A DNA stretch of 64,000 bases, taken from contig NW_026515694.1 of assembly GCF_025526975.1 (NCBI RefSeq), forward strand, positions 1 through 64,000, written 5' to 3'. Positions 52,969-64,000 of this stretch are shown here, in pieces. The notes beneath the pieces are model-generated. The model saw nothing but the letters and a program-made list of their open reading frames with translations. It was not told the origin of the DNA and made no database searches. Position 1 is the first letter of the stretch, and the number at the start of each line of letters is the position of its first letter. Position numbers and translations under genes: made by a program. The DNA is from Fimicolochytrium jonesii. Taxonomy: Eukaryota.

Positions 52969-53923
52969 ATGACTGTAAGTAGCATACACCCCCATAGAGA
53001 CACTCACACACTCCACAGGACAAAGTTGCAACCGCTAGGTGGAGGGGGAGGCTATGCCCGACCGAACAGGGACAGAGAGCTGTGGCGGACGTGCAGGCTG
53101 AATCGAACGGGCGAGAAGGGCGGTAATTCGGAATCGCGAAATAGAAATTTTGGCGCATTTGGTTACCCTCCTGGGAGTCCCACGGGGGCTGGCAAAGAAG
53201 GCTAGGGTGGACCAGGTCTCTTTGGACTCGACTTTTCCAGATGGTTCAGTGGGATTTTGGACTTTGGCGAATCCCAGTCCATTCTCGACAGGATTCCGCT
53301 CCGGAATGGTCGCAAGCGAAGGGATTCGGAATTGAAATGCCAAACCGCTCCTCCTCCGCACAAGCAGCACAACCAGTCTGTCCTTCTCTCCAGAGTCTAA
53401 CGCTGGCCTTCCTCTTCCGCCCCTTCCCACAGTTGGCCGTCGATCTCCTCAACCCCTCCGCGGCTAGCGAAGCCCGCAGGCACAAGCTCAAGCGTCTCGT
53501 ACAGAGCCCCAACTCTTACTTCATGGACGTCAAGTGCCCTGGTACGTACACTGGGATCGCTTTTGCTTGCGGGGGTGCATCTTATCGGGCTTGCGCTTGC
53601 GAGTCGGGTATCTCAGAGGGGTTCATTTACTTATCACATTTGCCTCATTTTCTCCCTTCAACAACAGGATGCTTCAACATCACCACAGTCTTCAGCCACG
53701 CTCAGACTGTCGTTCTCTGCGGAAGCTGCGCAACGGTGCTTTGCCAACCTACCGGTGGTAAGGCCCGTCTTACCGGTAAGTACCGTACTTTTGAAGGCCT
53801 TTGTCTTGGGTGGTGCACCTTCTCCTGCATTCACGTCGGTTATTTTCGAATCTACACCGTACTCATTACTTTCTCCACTCTCGTTTCACAGAGGGCTGCT
53901 CTTTCCGTAAGAAGTCCGGTTAA
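52969..53923 (+). CDS. RPS27: 40S ribosomal protein S27 (eS27)
   Basis: ATGACT|GTAAGT first exon; [39 protein letters not shown]. Confidence 0.96.
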
Positions 53924-54433
53924 AGCATCCGTAATATAGCAACAAATCTCAGCACAGACCCCTCCGCATTTGTTACATATATTATTGATCTTTTTCTCGC
54001 ATCATCAAACCCCGACGGGCTAGCCTGCTGTTGTTGCTTGACGAACTTGGAGGACGGGAAAGGGATGCTGTACCTGCGATGCGATGCGATGCGAGCTGGA
54101 GCACGCATACGTTGTTTGGATCGTTGAAATAAAGAAAGGTCTCAAATACAGTTGTGCTGGTGCATGTGCTCCTTCTGCAGGGTCCATGGCTGTGAGCGGA
54201 TAGGCTCCATTGCGGGAAAACTGTACGCTTTCAAGCTGGCCGAACTATGAGATCTACGAGTCGTTTTCGGGCATTATATACAGTACAACCTACGAAGGGG
54301 CCTTCCTTGGTCGGTTTCCATACAGCACAATACGCGCGTAGGAAACACGCCACCCTATCAAAGTACCTGCCTCCCTACGAACACGCCGTGACTCGGAACA
54401 TGACTTTCTTCCCTACTGCCATCCCCTAGCCCG

Positions 54434-55797
54434 TCATCTCCTCCTATCATAGGGCGACCGTGACCATGACCGGCCCCTGAATCTCCTGGTCGGCGGTGGT
54501 GACCGCGACCGAGACCTGGAACGCGAGGGCGAGCGTCGTCTGCGTGTGTCGTTCCGGTCGGGACTTGGTGAGAATGATCGTGACCGATTGCGGGATCTGC
54601 GGGCGGGTGGGGATCGTGAACGTGACGGGGAGCGGTTTGAGCGAGTGCCGGGTGGTGGGGAGCGTGACCTTCGTCGAGATGGTGGTGGTAAGCGCCGAGC
54701 GTGAGAGCGGGGCGGTGGTGAGCGTGATCTGCTTCTCCGTGATTCCCTTCTGCCAGTATCGTCCCGTGCCTCCCTTGGTAATGTCTCGCGATCGCCATGT
54801 TTGTCGAACGAGCGCTTTCCATCGCCATCCACAGACGTCCTCCCCCGCTCCGCATCCCTGCCCCTCCCCGCCCGGTCATCGTGTCCATCATCTCCAACCG
54901 CCGCCGTCCCTCGCTTCTTCTCCTTTTTCTCTTTCTTTTCCTTCTTAGCGGCCTTCTTGGCTGCTTTTGCTTTCTTTTTCGCGGCTTTGTTCAGCATGTA
55001 TGCTCGCATGGGGTCCTCTTCGTCCAGGGCATTTGCTTCGTCGTTGTCTTCTGAATCTTCACGAATGTCGGTGTTAGTATGCGACAAACTAGTGAAGCTC
55101 TGCGAGGACAGACAAGACATACCTTCTTCTGCACCAGCCTCGCGCGGCCTTAGATGAGGCGGAAGGATCTGGTTTTTCCGTTTTCGTTCCTCTTCGGAAT
55201 CATAATCATCGTCTTTCTTTTCCCCACGGTATTTGGCTACATGGTCTACGCGTATTGTTCTGTTACGGATCTGCGAATGATAATGGGATCAGCAACTCGG
55301 CCCAAACTTGAATGAAAGGACCCCTGGCAAAACACCAATCACCCGCTCGACACCCACCTTAGTCCCATTGAAGTTATCAACACTCAAAACCGTCGACCTT
55401 TGATCCTCAAACCCCACAAACGCAAACCCTTTACTCTTCCCCGTCTCCTTATCACGGACCAAGTTCACATCCACAATTTCCCCGAACTGGGAGAAAATGG
55501 TGATCACGTCCCCCTCCGTCAGCTCGTATGGTAGTCCGCCGACGTAGATGTAGGCCGAGTCCTGGTGGTTGGAATGGGGTTGGTTAGCGGAAAAGTGGCG
55601 AGTGGGGAAGTTGGGCAGTGGGTCGGAAGTCTTACCTGGTATTGCGAGTGCCATGATGCTGTCTCTTTGGTGTTTCGCAATAGTTCGGAGTTGTTGAGGC
55701 GGTCGATTTCCTTAATGACGCTGTTGGGATTGCGGCGGTTAGCGATCGAGATGACTTCACACAATTGAGTAGGGATTCGTCCAGTCACGTACTTCAT
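54434..55797 (-). CDS. RBMX2: RES complex RRM protein (Snu17/Ist3/RBMX2) with RS-rich tail
   Basis: SWHSQY, SAYIYVGGLPYELTEGD, NLVRDKETGKSKGFAF...EDQRSTVLSVDNFNG. Confidence 0.92.
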
Positions 55798-58103
55798 TTT
55801 GTGCTGGGCTTTCCTGCGTTCCGACTCCTACGCCGTTGACGGAGATGTAAGCTTCTCCTCGTATTATTGTCCAAGAAACAAGCTTTGGAATAGGGCAAGA
55901 ATATAGTACGGTTCGGTGGATGGGTTCCCGGCCTGGACGTCGCCGTTGAGACAGACAACTGTAAGTCCGCTGGGAGAACGTAGGGGAAAGTGAACAACGA
56001 GGTCCTTCACGTAAGCAGAGCGCGCTTGCCTTTTCATCCCACACACGCAGACTGGGAAATCGCAGTGGATACCTGCTGAGGTAGAGAACGCCCCATTTGT
56101 TTGTGGTTTCAAAGTTTGCAACATTACAAAGAGGATTGGGACCCAGAGAAGTTGAGCAGATTGAGCAGTTCCATGCTGAGGCTGCATCGAGCTTCATGTG
56201 CCTTGGATATACTGTTTTGCAGCAGACTTTGCGACGTGGGCTTACTCGCTCCCATCTTTTTTGCGAATGGTAGCCGCAAGTAGGAGGGCTAGGCTTTTTG
56301 GTTGGTTGTGCACCTGCCATGGACACCACCTGGGCGCCAACCTGGCGACCAACGCCGGTTTCACTTTGAGTTCCGATTCGACAAGACGACGAAGAAGGGT
56401 TCGCATCGCGCGCCATCCTACTCGCGTGCCTGGGCTATTTTTTGGCGGCCACATGGTCTTGCGTGTGGCGACAGCAACGAAGAACCCGCCAAATGATCAC
56501 ACCTCGAACAACACAACCAGAAGATAGGCAGACCTCATTAGCTGCAGGGACTCCAAACACCCGAGAATGAGTACGCATTCCGCCAACGTGCTGAAATATG
56601 CACACTCTCATTGAGTAACATCGTATTCGGCCAGTTGTCCCTGTGGCCTCTGCCTTCATTCCTGCCGCCACCATGGGTGCATTCCGTACGGTTCCTGCGC
56701 CAACAGGGGAAGTGACCTCTGTTAAGTCAGACCAATATCCCTTCTTGACCCGCAAATGGGTCCAACGCGGATATGGCACCCGGGTGAGGAAGGCTCTGAA
56801 TCAGCGCCTACATCCGGGAACGCATCCTTCGGATAACAGATTGCCTACAAGATCAGCAGGAAAATGGTGGATGAGCAAACGTTGTTGTTCCTTCAGCGAG
56901 AACTGTGGACAGGGAAGAGGGTTCGTCTACGGGACGACCTTCGGTGACGAAATGATCAAAAGTACGGCCTGACTGAACTCGCTTTGCCTCACACAAGCCT
57001 ATCGTTTACCGTCTAGATAGGCCATGTTATCCCTCTTGTTGTGAGAAAAATTGTCTTCATTGTCTGTATCGTGGTCATTTTATGCGTTGACCATTCTTGT
57101 TCCATCATGTGAGCTGGAGAACTAAATACAGAATGGAACATCTTGACGTGGGAGCTTTGCCGTTGCTCTACTGACATACTTCAACAGTTTTTCACAGTTC
57201 GACTATGCTCTTCGAATGGGTGCGACTCCGGAACAGCGGAATGTAATAGCATCATCCCCGGTTCGAATGGAGATTTTCTTGCTTGTAATCGCCAATCGAA
57301 GGAAGTAAATGCAGGACCTTCTCTGGAAGGAGCTGCATGTGGTCGGCTCTTGTTCACGTATCTTTCACAATAAAAAGGACGGCATTAGGCCCGCGAATTC
57401 CACGCTCTCGTATATATGTACACCTCGAGTTTCAACACTGCTGATAAACACGGTGTCGCTTTCTCTCTCTATGCCACGTCATCCCAAGCTGAAAGACCAC
57501 AACAGCAATGAGGACCGACTCTTTATGGGCGAGTTGACCAATCATGCGCGTCCCAACAGCGCGTATAATTATTTTTGCGCCTTCTAGAACCGCCATCCGC
57601 TCAAGTGACCCCGGCTCGTCCTCAAATTTGATTAGACGTCAGCCGCGTTCGATGCGCGCAGAAGTGATAAGGGTCTCTCATCAAAAGGGAGCTGAAACAG
57701 GCGGCTTTTGATTAAGGTGGCTGGGTTTACATACGCCAGGATGAGCAGCAGCAGCAGCAGCACGCACAAGCAAGCGCATCTGCAAAAAAGAACAGAAGAG
57801 AACAACACTGGCCGCCCCGCTTCGCAAAGTCCCCCATCGATCCGCAAGGCGCACATCTCGCAGGTATGTATTGCGGTGGCTATTCTTGCTTGGAAGCTCA
57901 AGCAGAGGTCTATATCCTATCGGTGTTGTGTCGTCTCTCCGCTCCATTTGCCCGATCCAACTTTCAAACCCTCTTCCATCTCGATTCTCACACCCACCTT
58001 TTGTCTTTCTTCGTGTTCGCTCATCGCAGTCCCATCTACACAACGCTTGGACAAACCAAATCGAATTCATAACCAACTACACCCCCGACACTACCCCATA
58101 ACA

Positions 58104-59619
58104 ATGGCTGAGAGAGGTAAGAGGCAATACTACCCTAGGCCTGGACTCGAGACGACGCGTTGACTATGCACGATGCGTGGGAAAACCAGCTGCATCGCAG
58201 TTCTACTGCCCTTGAGGCAAGATGATGCGGCTGGGGTTTTCAGCTCTGGGAAGACCGTACGCCTTCAGGCGCGATTTCTTCGTTCGTCTGGCTAACTGTA
58301 CGTTCTTCATCCTACCGTTTCTTAGCACGTGAGGACCAGGTCTACATGGCCAAGCTTGCTGAGCAAGCTGAGCGATACGACGGTGAGTACTGCTCTGGCC
58401 TTTTACACTCGGAGGAAAGCAGATGGGGTAGTCTCAAACTCGGTTCTGCGGGGAGTGAGAGGGTATTACCTCGTGTGGGCGGTTTCACAATGAGCAAATA
58501 GTTTGGGTACCTTCATGCTATTTCCACAAGATCTGGCACTCATACGTACTTTCCTTTCGATCTTCCTTTTTCGCAGAGATGGTCTCTTTCATGAAGGCAA
58601 GCATCCGGAATTTGTCAACCGCAGGGGGCTTGTAACAACAACTTATACTTTCCTTTATCCACAACGAATTTCGAAACTGCAGGAGGTCGCAAAGGTAAGG
58701 AATTTACGGCACTTTACGCTGTATGAGTTCGTGGAGGGTCTTGGACATCGCTGATGGAAACTACTCCATCTTCGCGTGAGCAGCTCGGTGTCGAACTTAC
58801 CGTTGAGGAGAGGAATCTCTTGTCCGTCGCTTACAAGAACGTTATTGGTGCCCGCCGTGCTTCGTGGAGGATCGTTTCCTCCATTGAGCAAAAGGAGGAG
58901 AGCAAGGGCAACGAGGGACAAGTGAAGAAGATCAAGGACTACCGCATTAAAATCGAGGGAGAGTTGGGTGACGTCTGCACCGATATCCTGAATGTCCTCG
59001 ACGACCACCTCATCCCCGCCGCCGAGGCTGGCGAGTCCAAGGTGTTCTACTACAAGATGTAAGTCGAGCTTTGCCATAACTGGAGCGGGCACGTCTATCG
59101 CCGTTTTGACCGTCGCATATTCTAACCTATTCATCCGTCATTCGGACATACAGGAAGGGAGACTACCACCGATACCTCGCCGAGTTCGCCCAAGGGGAGA
59201 AGCGGAAGGAGGCCGCGTCGCACGCCCACGACGCCTACAAGTCCGCCACCGACGTCGCACAGACCGAGTTGGCCCCTACTCACCCCATCCGCCTGGGTCT
59301 TGCGCTCAACTTCTCCGTTTTCTACTACGAGATCCTGAACTCTCCGGACCGTGCTTGCCACCTCGCCAAGCAAGCCTTCGATGACGCTATCGCTGAATTG
59401 GACACTCTGAGCGAAGAGTCGTACAAGGACTCTACGCTCATCATGCAATTGTTGAGGGACAACTTGACATTGTGGACTTCCGACTTGCAAGATGGTAAGC
59501 AATGACGTCGACCTTTCACCCAAGTCGGTATATGTCGCTGACTTGGATTTCCTTTCGATTTAGCTGAGGGCGAGAAGGGCGAGGAGACAAAGGTTGAGGA
59601 GACCGAGGAAGCGAAATGA
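58104..59619 (+). CDS. 14-3-3 protein
   Basis: [64 protein letters not shown]. Confidence 0.98.
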
Positions 59620-61004
59620 TTTGGTATGTGCTAAATCGGCGCACGGCTGACGCATTGAATCCAGGACTCATTGAACATCCACATCTTTCCTTCCACGAAA
59701 AGATGCTCAATGTTATTTCAAGTTTTATATATGTAGCGGAGAATCGACCCGGAGTTGGGTGCAGATGCAATGAACATTGGGAGGCCCTGGGAAGACCAAC
59801 GGACCATCAAACCACCGAGCGGAAGGATCTGGGGGGAACGTTGATCCGGGGAGCAGGGGAGACAATTGTTTTTCGTTGTCGTTGAACGTCATGACTTTAT
59901 TAGGTTTTGATTTTTTACCCCTATCCTCGGACTGCAAATATCACCTCGTGCTTCTTTCTACTTCATGTGTGTAATTTGTTTGCCCTTGAACCGTGCTAAT
60001 CGTATGCGTTTGTGAGAGCGTCTGGTCCAGAGTTACTTTTTTATGGGAGCGTGTGTGATGCGGCATTGGCACCCTCGATCTCTACCTTGCAAAGCTTAGG
60101 AGGACGAACCAGGCCAGGCGCGGCATTGATCGCCTCGTTTCGTTTCACGGGCTTTCACTGGTTGTCGCGCCGTCACCTGAAGGTCCGTCGTCCGTACCGC
60201 AGAAGCTGCATCGAAGCCACGTGGGAACGACGGTAGGTCCCTAGGGTGCATTTGACCCAGACCCATCCATGAACCCGGTCACCGCTGATTGGGGGGTCGC
60301 TACATACCCATCATTGCTCTCTTCGGTCAGGAAGGGACGCTGTGCCGCCCCGAACATGTTTCCAAAGAGTATAGGTGGGGAACAAATGCTGTCAGTTGGG
60401 GAAGTGACAGCGGGATGAATTTGACAGGGTTCCGGAAGTGTTGGTATATTTTCTTTTGTGATCCCTCCGAGGCTCCTCGTTCATATACAATATACAGAGG
60501 ATGGTACAAAAGGGATGTGGTAACAGGAGGTCTTGAGCCTAGACGAATGTCGCCCGGCGGTGAGAGCTAGACCACGATTTTGGTCCTTTTCATATCGCGG
60601 GGTTGGGACGCTGCCGCGTAGTCTTGCAGACAGCTTCCAACCTGACGGACACCAATCTGTAAGAACGGAGCTCCTTAAATAGGTAGCCAGAGGGTTCTTT
60701 TGTCTTAGTGTATCACATTACTACGCCGTCAGACTTGATCGAGGCTGAACTAGGATGTTCACTCGATCTCTTCGATTATGGTACAAAAAAACGACAAAAG
60801 TCCAATGTTGGTAGAGAGTTCAGCGTCAGACAAGGGGACAAGAGTTCCAAGGAGATGAACGAATTACATAGACGCTACGCTGGATATCGAAGGCACATGG
60901 ACGCAAAGTCGTGGTTCGAATAGGGTCTTTCTTGCTATGCGCGGAAGGTGCGCAAAAACGAGCTCAGGTACATAGACCTGGTGTGGGGGCCGCGGTGAGG
61001 AAGT

Positions 61005-64000
61005 CTACACCTCGGTGACATTCTTCTCAGCCTCATGCCGGGCAGCAATGTCACGAATCAACGCAGCGTTGGCCTGCCCCGTTGCCTCGACCAGATCCGC
61101 AAACAACGACTCCGGGTTGGCCAACAGGACGTGCGGGGTATCAAACTCGACGAAACGACCGTCTTTCAAGACAAGCACCTTGTCGAAACCAGCGATTGTG
61201 TTCAGACGATGTGCGATGCTGACTACCGTGCAATGCTTGAAATGGGACGAAACCATTTCCTGAATCCGCTCGTCGGCTTCGTGGTCGACGCTCGCTGTGG
61301 CCTCGTCCATGATGATGATCTTGGCGTTTGATAGGATGGCTTTCGAGAGCACGATTAACTGTCTTTGTCCAGAAGACAGATTTGCGCCGCCCTCGGTGAC
61401 TTCCGCGTCGAGCTGACTGGGCAGGCCGGAGATGTACTCCTTCATACCCGCCATCTCCAACGCCTTCCAAATCTCCTGATCGGTGCGCTTGCCCCTACGA
61501 TCGATGTTGGAACGGAAGGTGCCTGAGAAGAGGATCGGCTCTTGCGGAATGATCTGCAGACGTTCGCGAAGGGTGTCTAGATCGAGCTCGGAGATGTCTT
61601 GACCGTCAACGTGGATGGAGCCTTTGTAGGCCTCGACAATGCGGAACAGGGCGAGCATAAGCGTCGATTTGCCGGCCCCGCTCCTCCCGCAAACGGCCAC
61701 CTTTTCGCCGGCGCGGATGGAGACAGACAGGTCCTGCAACACAGGCGCCGCCGTCGAATCGTAGCGGATCTCGAGATCCTTGATGTCGATGGCTCCAGAT
61801 TGCGGCCATGCGTCGGAGACTTTCACCGTGCCGACCTGCCTTTCCATAGGTAATTTGCCTGCGTAGTAGTCCATCCGCTCGACAGCGTTGAATGAGGCCT
61901 CCGTCATGGATATCATCAACAACACAATGTTTAACAGAGAGGCCAGGTTGATCAACCCCACCAACATCAGGCCCGCCGCGCTTCCTTCCACCACCCCAAC
62001 TTCGGCGAGAATCAATCCAGTCAGCACAATGATCGAAGTGAACAGCGCCATCCGCAGACTGATCCACAGCTTCGCCGAGTCCATCAGTAGCAGCGCTTTG
62101 CTCGCGAGGTCGGTGGTGTGTTCCTGTCGGGCGACGAAGCTCGCTTCCCAACGATACGCCTTGATCGATGGTATACCGTAAAACGTCTCGGAACAATGCG
62201 CGGAGAGTGGGGACTTGAGAATGGAGGAGAGACGCTTGAGTTCGCGGTACGACCCTTGAAAAAAGCGGAAAGCCCAGACGGAAGGTATCGACAGGATGGC
62301 GAAAGCGATCAGGATGTATGGCGTTCCATACGCAACCATGACGACCGCCGAGAAAAACATAATACCGCAGTCAAACAAATTCACAAGATCTGATAACGCA
62401 AGTGTTAAGCCAGTCAGACCATGATCGATGTACTAATCAACACTTAAGCTCATACCTTGTGAGAGGGTCAGGTCCATTTGCAAGACGTCGACCGTCATGC
62501 GATTGATGATCCTTCCCGCCGGTTGACCATCGAACCATCCCAACTGTTTTCGATTCAGCGTTAGCATTACACCAAAATCCTGCAACGAGCAAAGCAGGTG
62601 ATGGAGCACTTACCGGAGCGCGCACTAACGCCGTCAAGGCATTGTGATGATATGCCTTCGAGGCGCGGTAGTTCAAAACATACCAGCACGTAACACTCAT
62701 CAGATTAGAAGCCAGTTTGACAGTTCCGACGATCCAGTACAGTTGGAAGTACTGAGAATCCGACCAGCCCCACGAGTTGTCGGACCAGATGACCATGATA
62801 ATGTTGCCAAACGCCGCCAAGAACACGGCGAAGGGAAGCCATAGTAACGGGAACAGGGCGAGAAGGAGGCCGCCATTCTTGAAATAGCGCCAAATCACGG
62901 CGCCGGAAACAATGCCCTGAAGGAAAAAAGAGCGTGTTAAAGCCCGTCCGAACCCGTAGATGATTGCCCCTCGCCAAATGCTCTTACCTGCTGCCTGTCT
63001 TCGGCAATCAGTTTCTGCTCCTCAAACTTCTTCAAGGCCTGTTCAATCTCTTCCAGGTCCCCACCGTCCTTTTCCTTATCCGGTTCGTCTTGCACGACTT
63101 CATCTTCCCTTCCCTCGACCGCGTAGTTCTTCATCATGTTCGCCAGCACACCTTCTGGCAAGTTCATCAACTCGGTGAAGGTACCCGACTCAGCCACCTT
63201 ACCACCGTTGAGGACGACAACCATATCAGCCTTTGATATCAAATGCAGCTGATGTGTCACGAGCACGACTGTTTTGCCTTTCATGGAACCAAGGATCGTT
63301 TTGTCGAAGATGGTTTTCCCGACTTGAGCGTCCAGCGCCGCAAGTGGGTCGTCGAGCAAGAATATGTCGGCGTTCGACGCAATGGCGCGGCATAGCTGCG
63401 TTCGCGCTTTCTGCCCGCCTGACAGAGATATGCCCTGGAATTTTTGGATGAGAATAAGCCCAACTTTGTAAATCCGCACAATTTATTTTTGGATGGAAGG
63501 GAACCATACCTTCTCGCCGACCCGGGTTCCGAGTCCATGTGGAAAGGCCTCTATGTCGCGAGTCAAACAAGCGGCTTCGACCGCTTTGGAGACGTCGGCG
63601 TGGCTCAAATCGGCGGAGAACCCTCGAATGTTCTCTTCCAAAGTGCCCGATACTACCCAGGGGTCCTGCGCGCAATAACCGATCGAACCGACGAGCGTCG
63701 CAGACCCGGAGCCCACCTTGCGCATGGACCCAACCATCGCAGAGAGCAACGATGATTTCCCGCTGCCTACAGGTCCCACGATAGCAACCAGCGCCCCACG
63801 TGGGATCTCGAGCGTGATGTCAGATAATTTGAAGGCTTCCTTCGGCTTGTCACTGCCAGCTGTCTCGCCTTTGGCCTCCTGCTCCGCCTCTACAACGACG
63901 GTGTTGACCGATGTGGTCTCCTTCTCCCGTTCTTGCATCTCGGCGCCCTTCTTGTCAGCACCCTTCTTTCCTCCCGCTTTGTTTGCTTTGGTTGATCCTT
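61005..64000 (-). CDS. ABCC/MRP-type ABC transporter (YOR1/YCF1-like), 5' part lies beyond the window
   Basis: NBD1 GPVGSGKS, LSGGQK, LLDD; TMD2; NBD2 GRSGAGKS, IIPQEP, LSSGQRQ, MDEATASVD. Confidence 0.96.

Overview
Eukaryotic, intron-rich sequence. It is most likely a zoosporic (chytrid-type) fungus; this is an inference from CCCTAA/TTAGGG telomere repeats, short GT-AG introns, a CFEM-like protein, a guanylate-binding protein, and class A and class C GPCRs. The window appears to start in a left subtelomere. Bases 1-4300 hold a ~3.84-kb repeated unit that is interleaved with CCCTAA tracts and carries its own unknown Zn-ribbon gene. Next come a small MITE, an HNH nuclease gene and an OPT fragment. 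At 11.4-14.4 kb lies an apparently intact, six-intron Fanzor1 (eukaryotic TnpB/Cas12-like RNA-guided nuclease) gene with a candidate omegaRNA and candidate element ends. Inward are a sterol desaturase-like gene, an opsin-like GPCR lacking the retinal lysine, a class C GPCR with a PH-like tail, decayed genes, and a head-to-head GBP/mini-protein pair sharing an MGCC start and a Cys/His motif. The rest is ordinary genes: SH3 membrane protein, mitochondrial S6, M14 carboxypeptidase, MRJP/yellow, RPS14, RPS27, RBMX2/IST3, 14-3-3 and an ABCC transporter. All calls come from reading motifs by eye; no searches were run.
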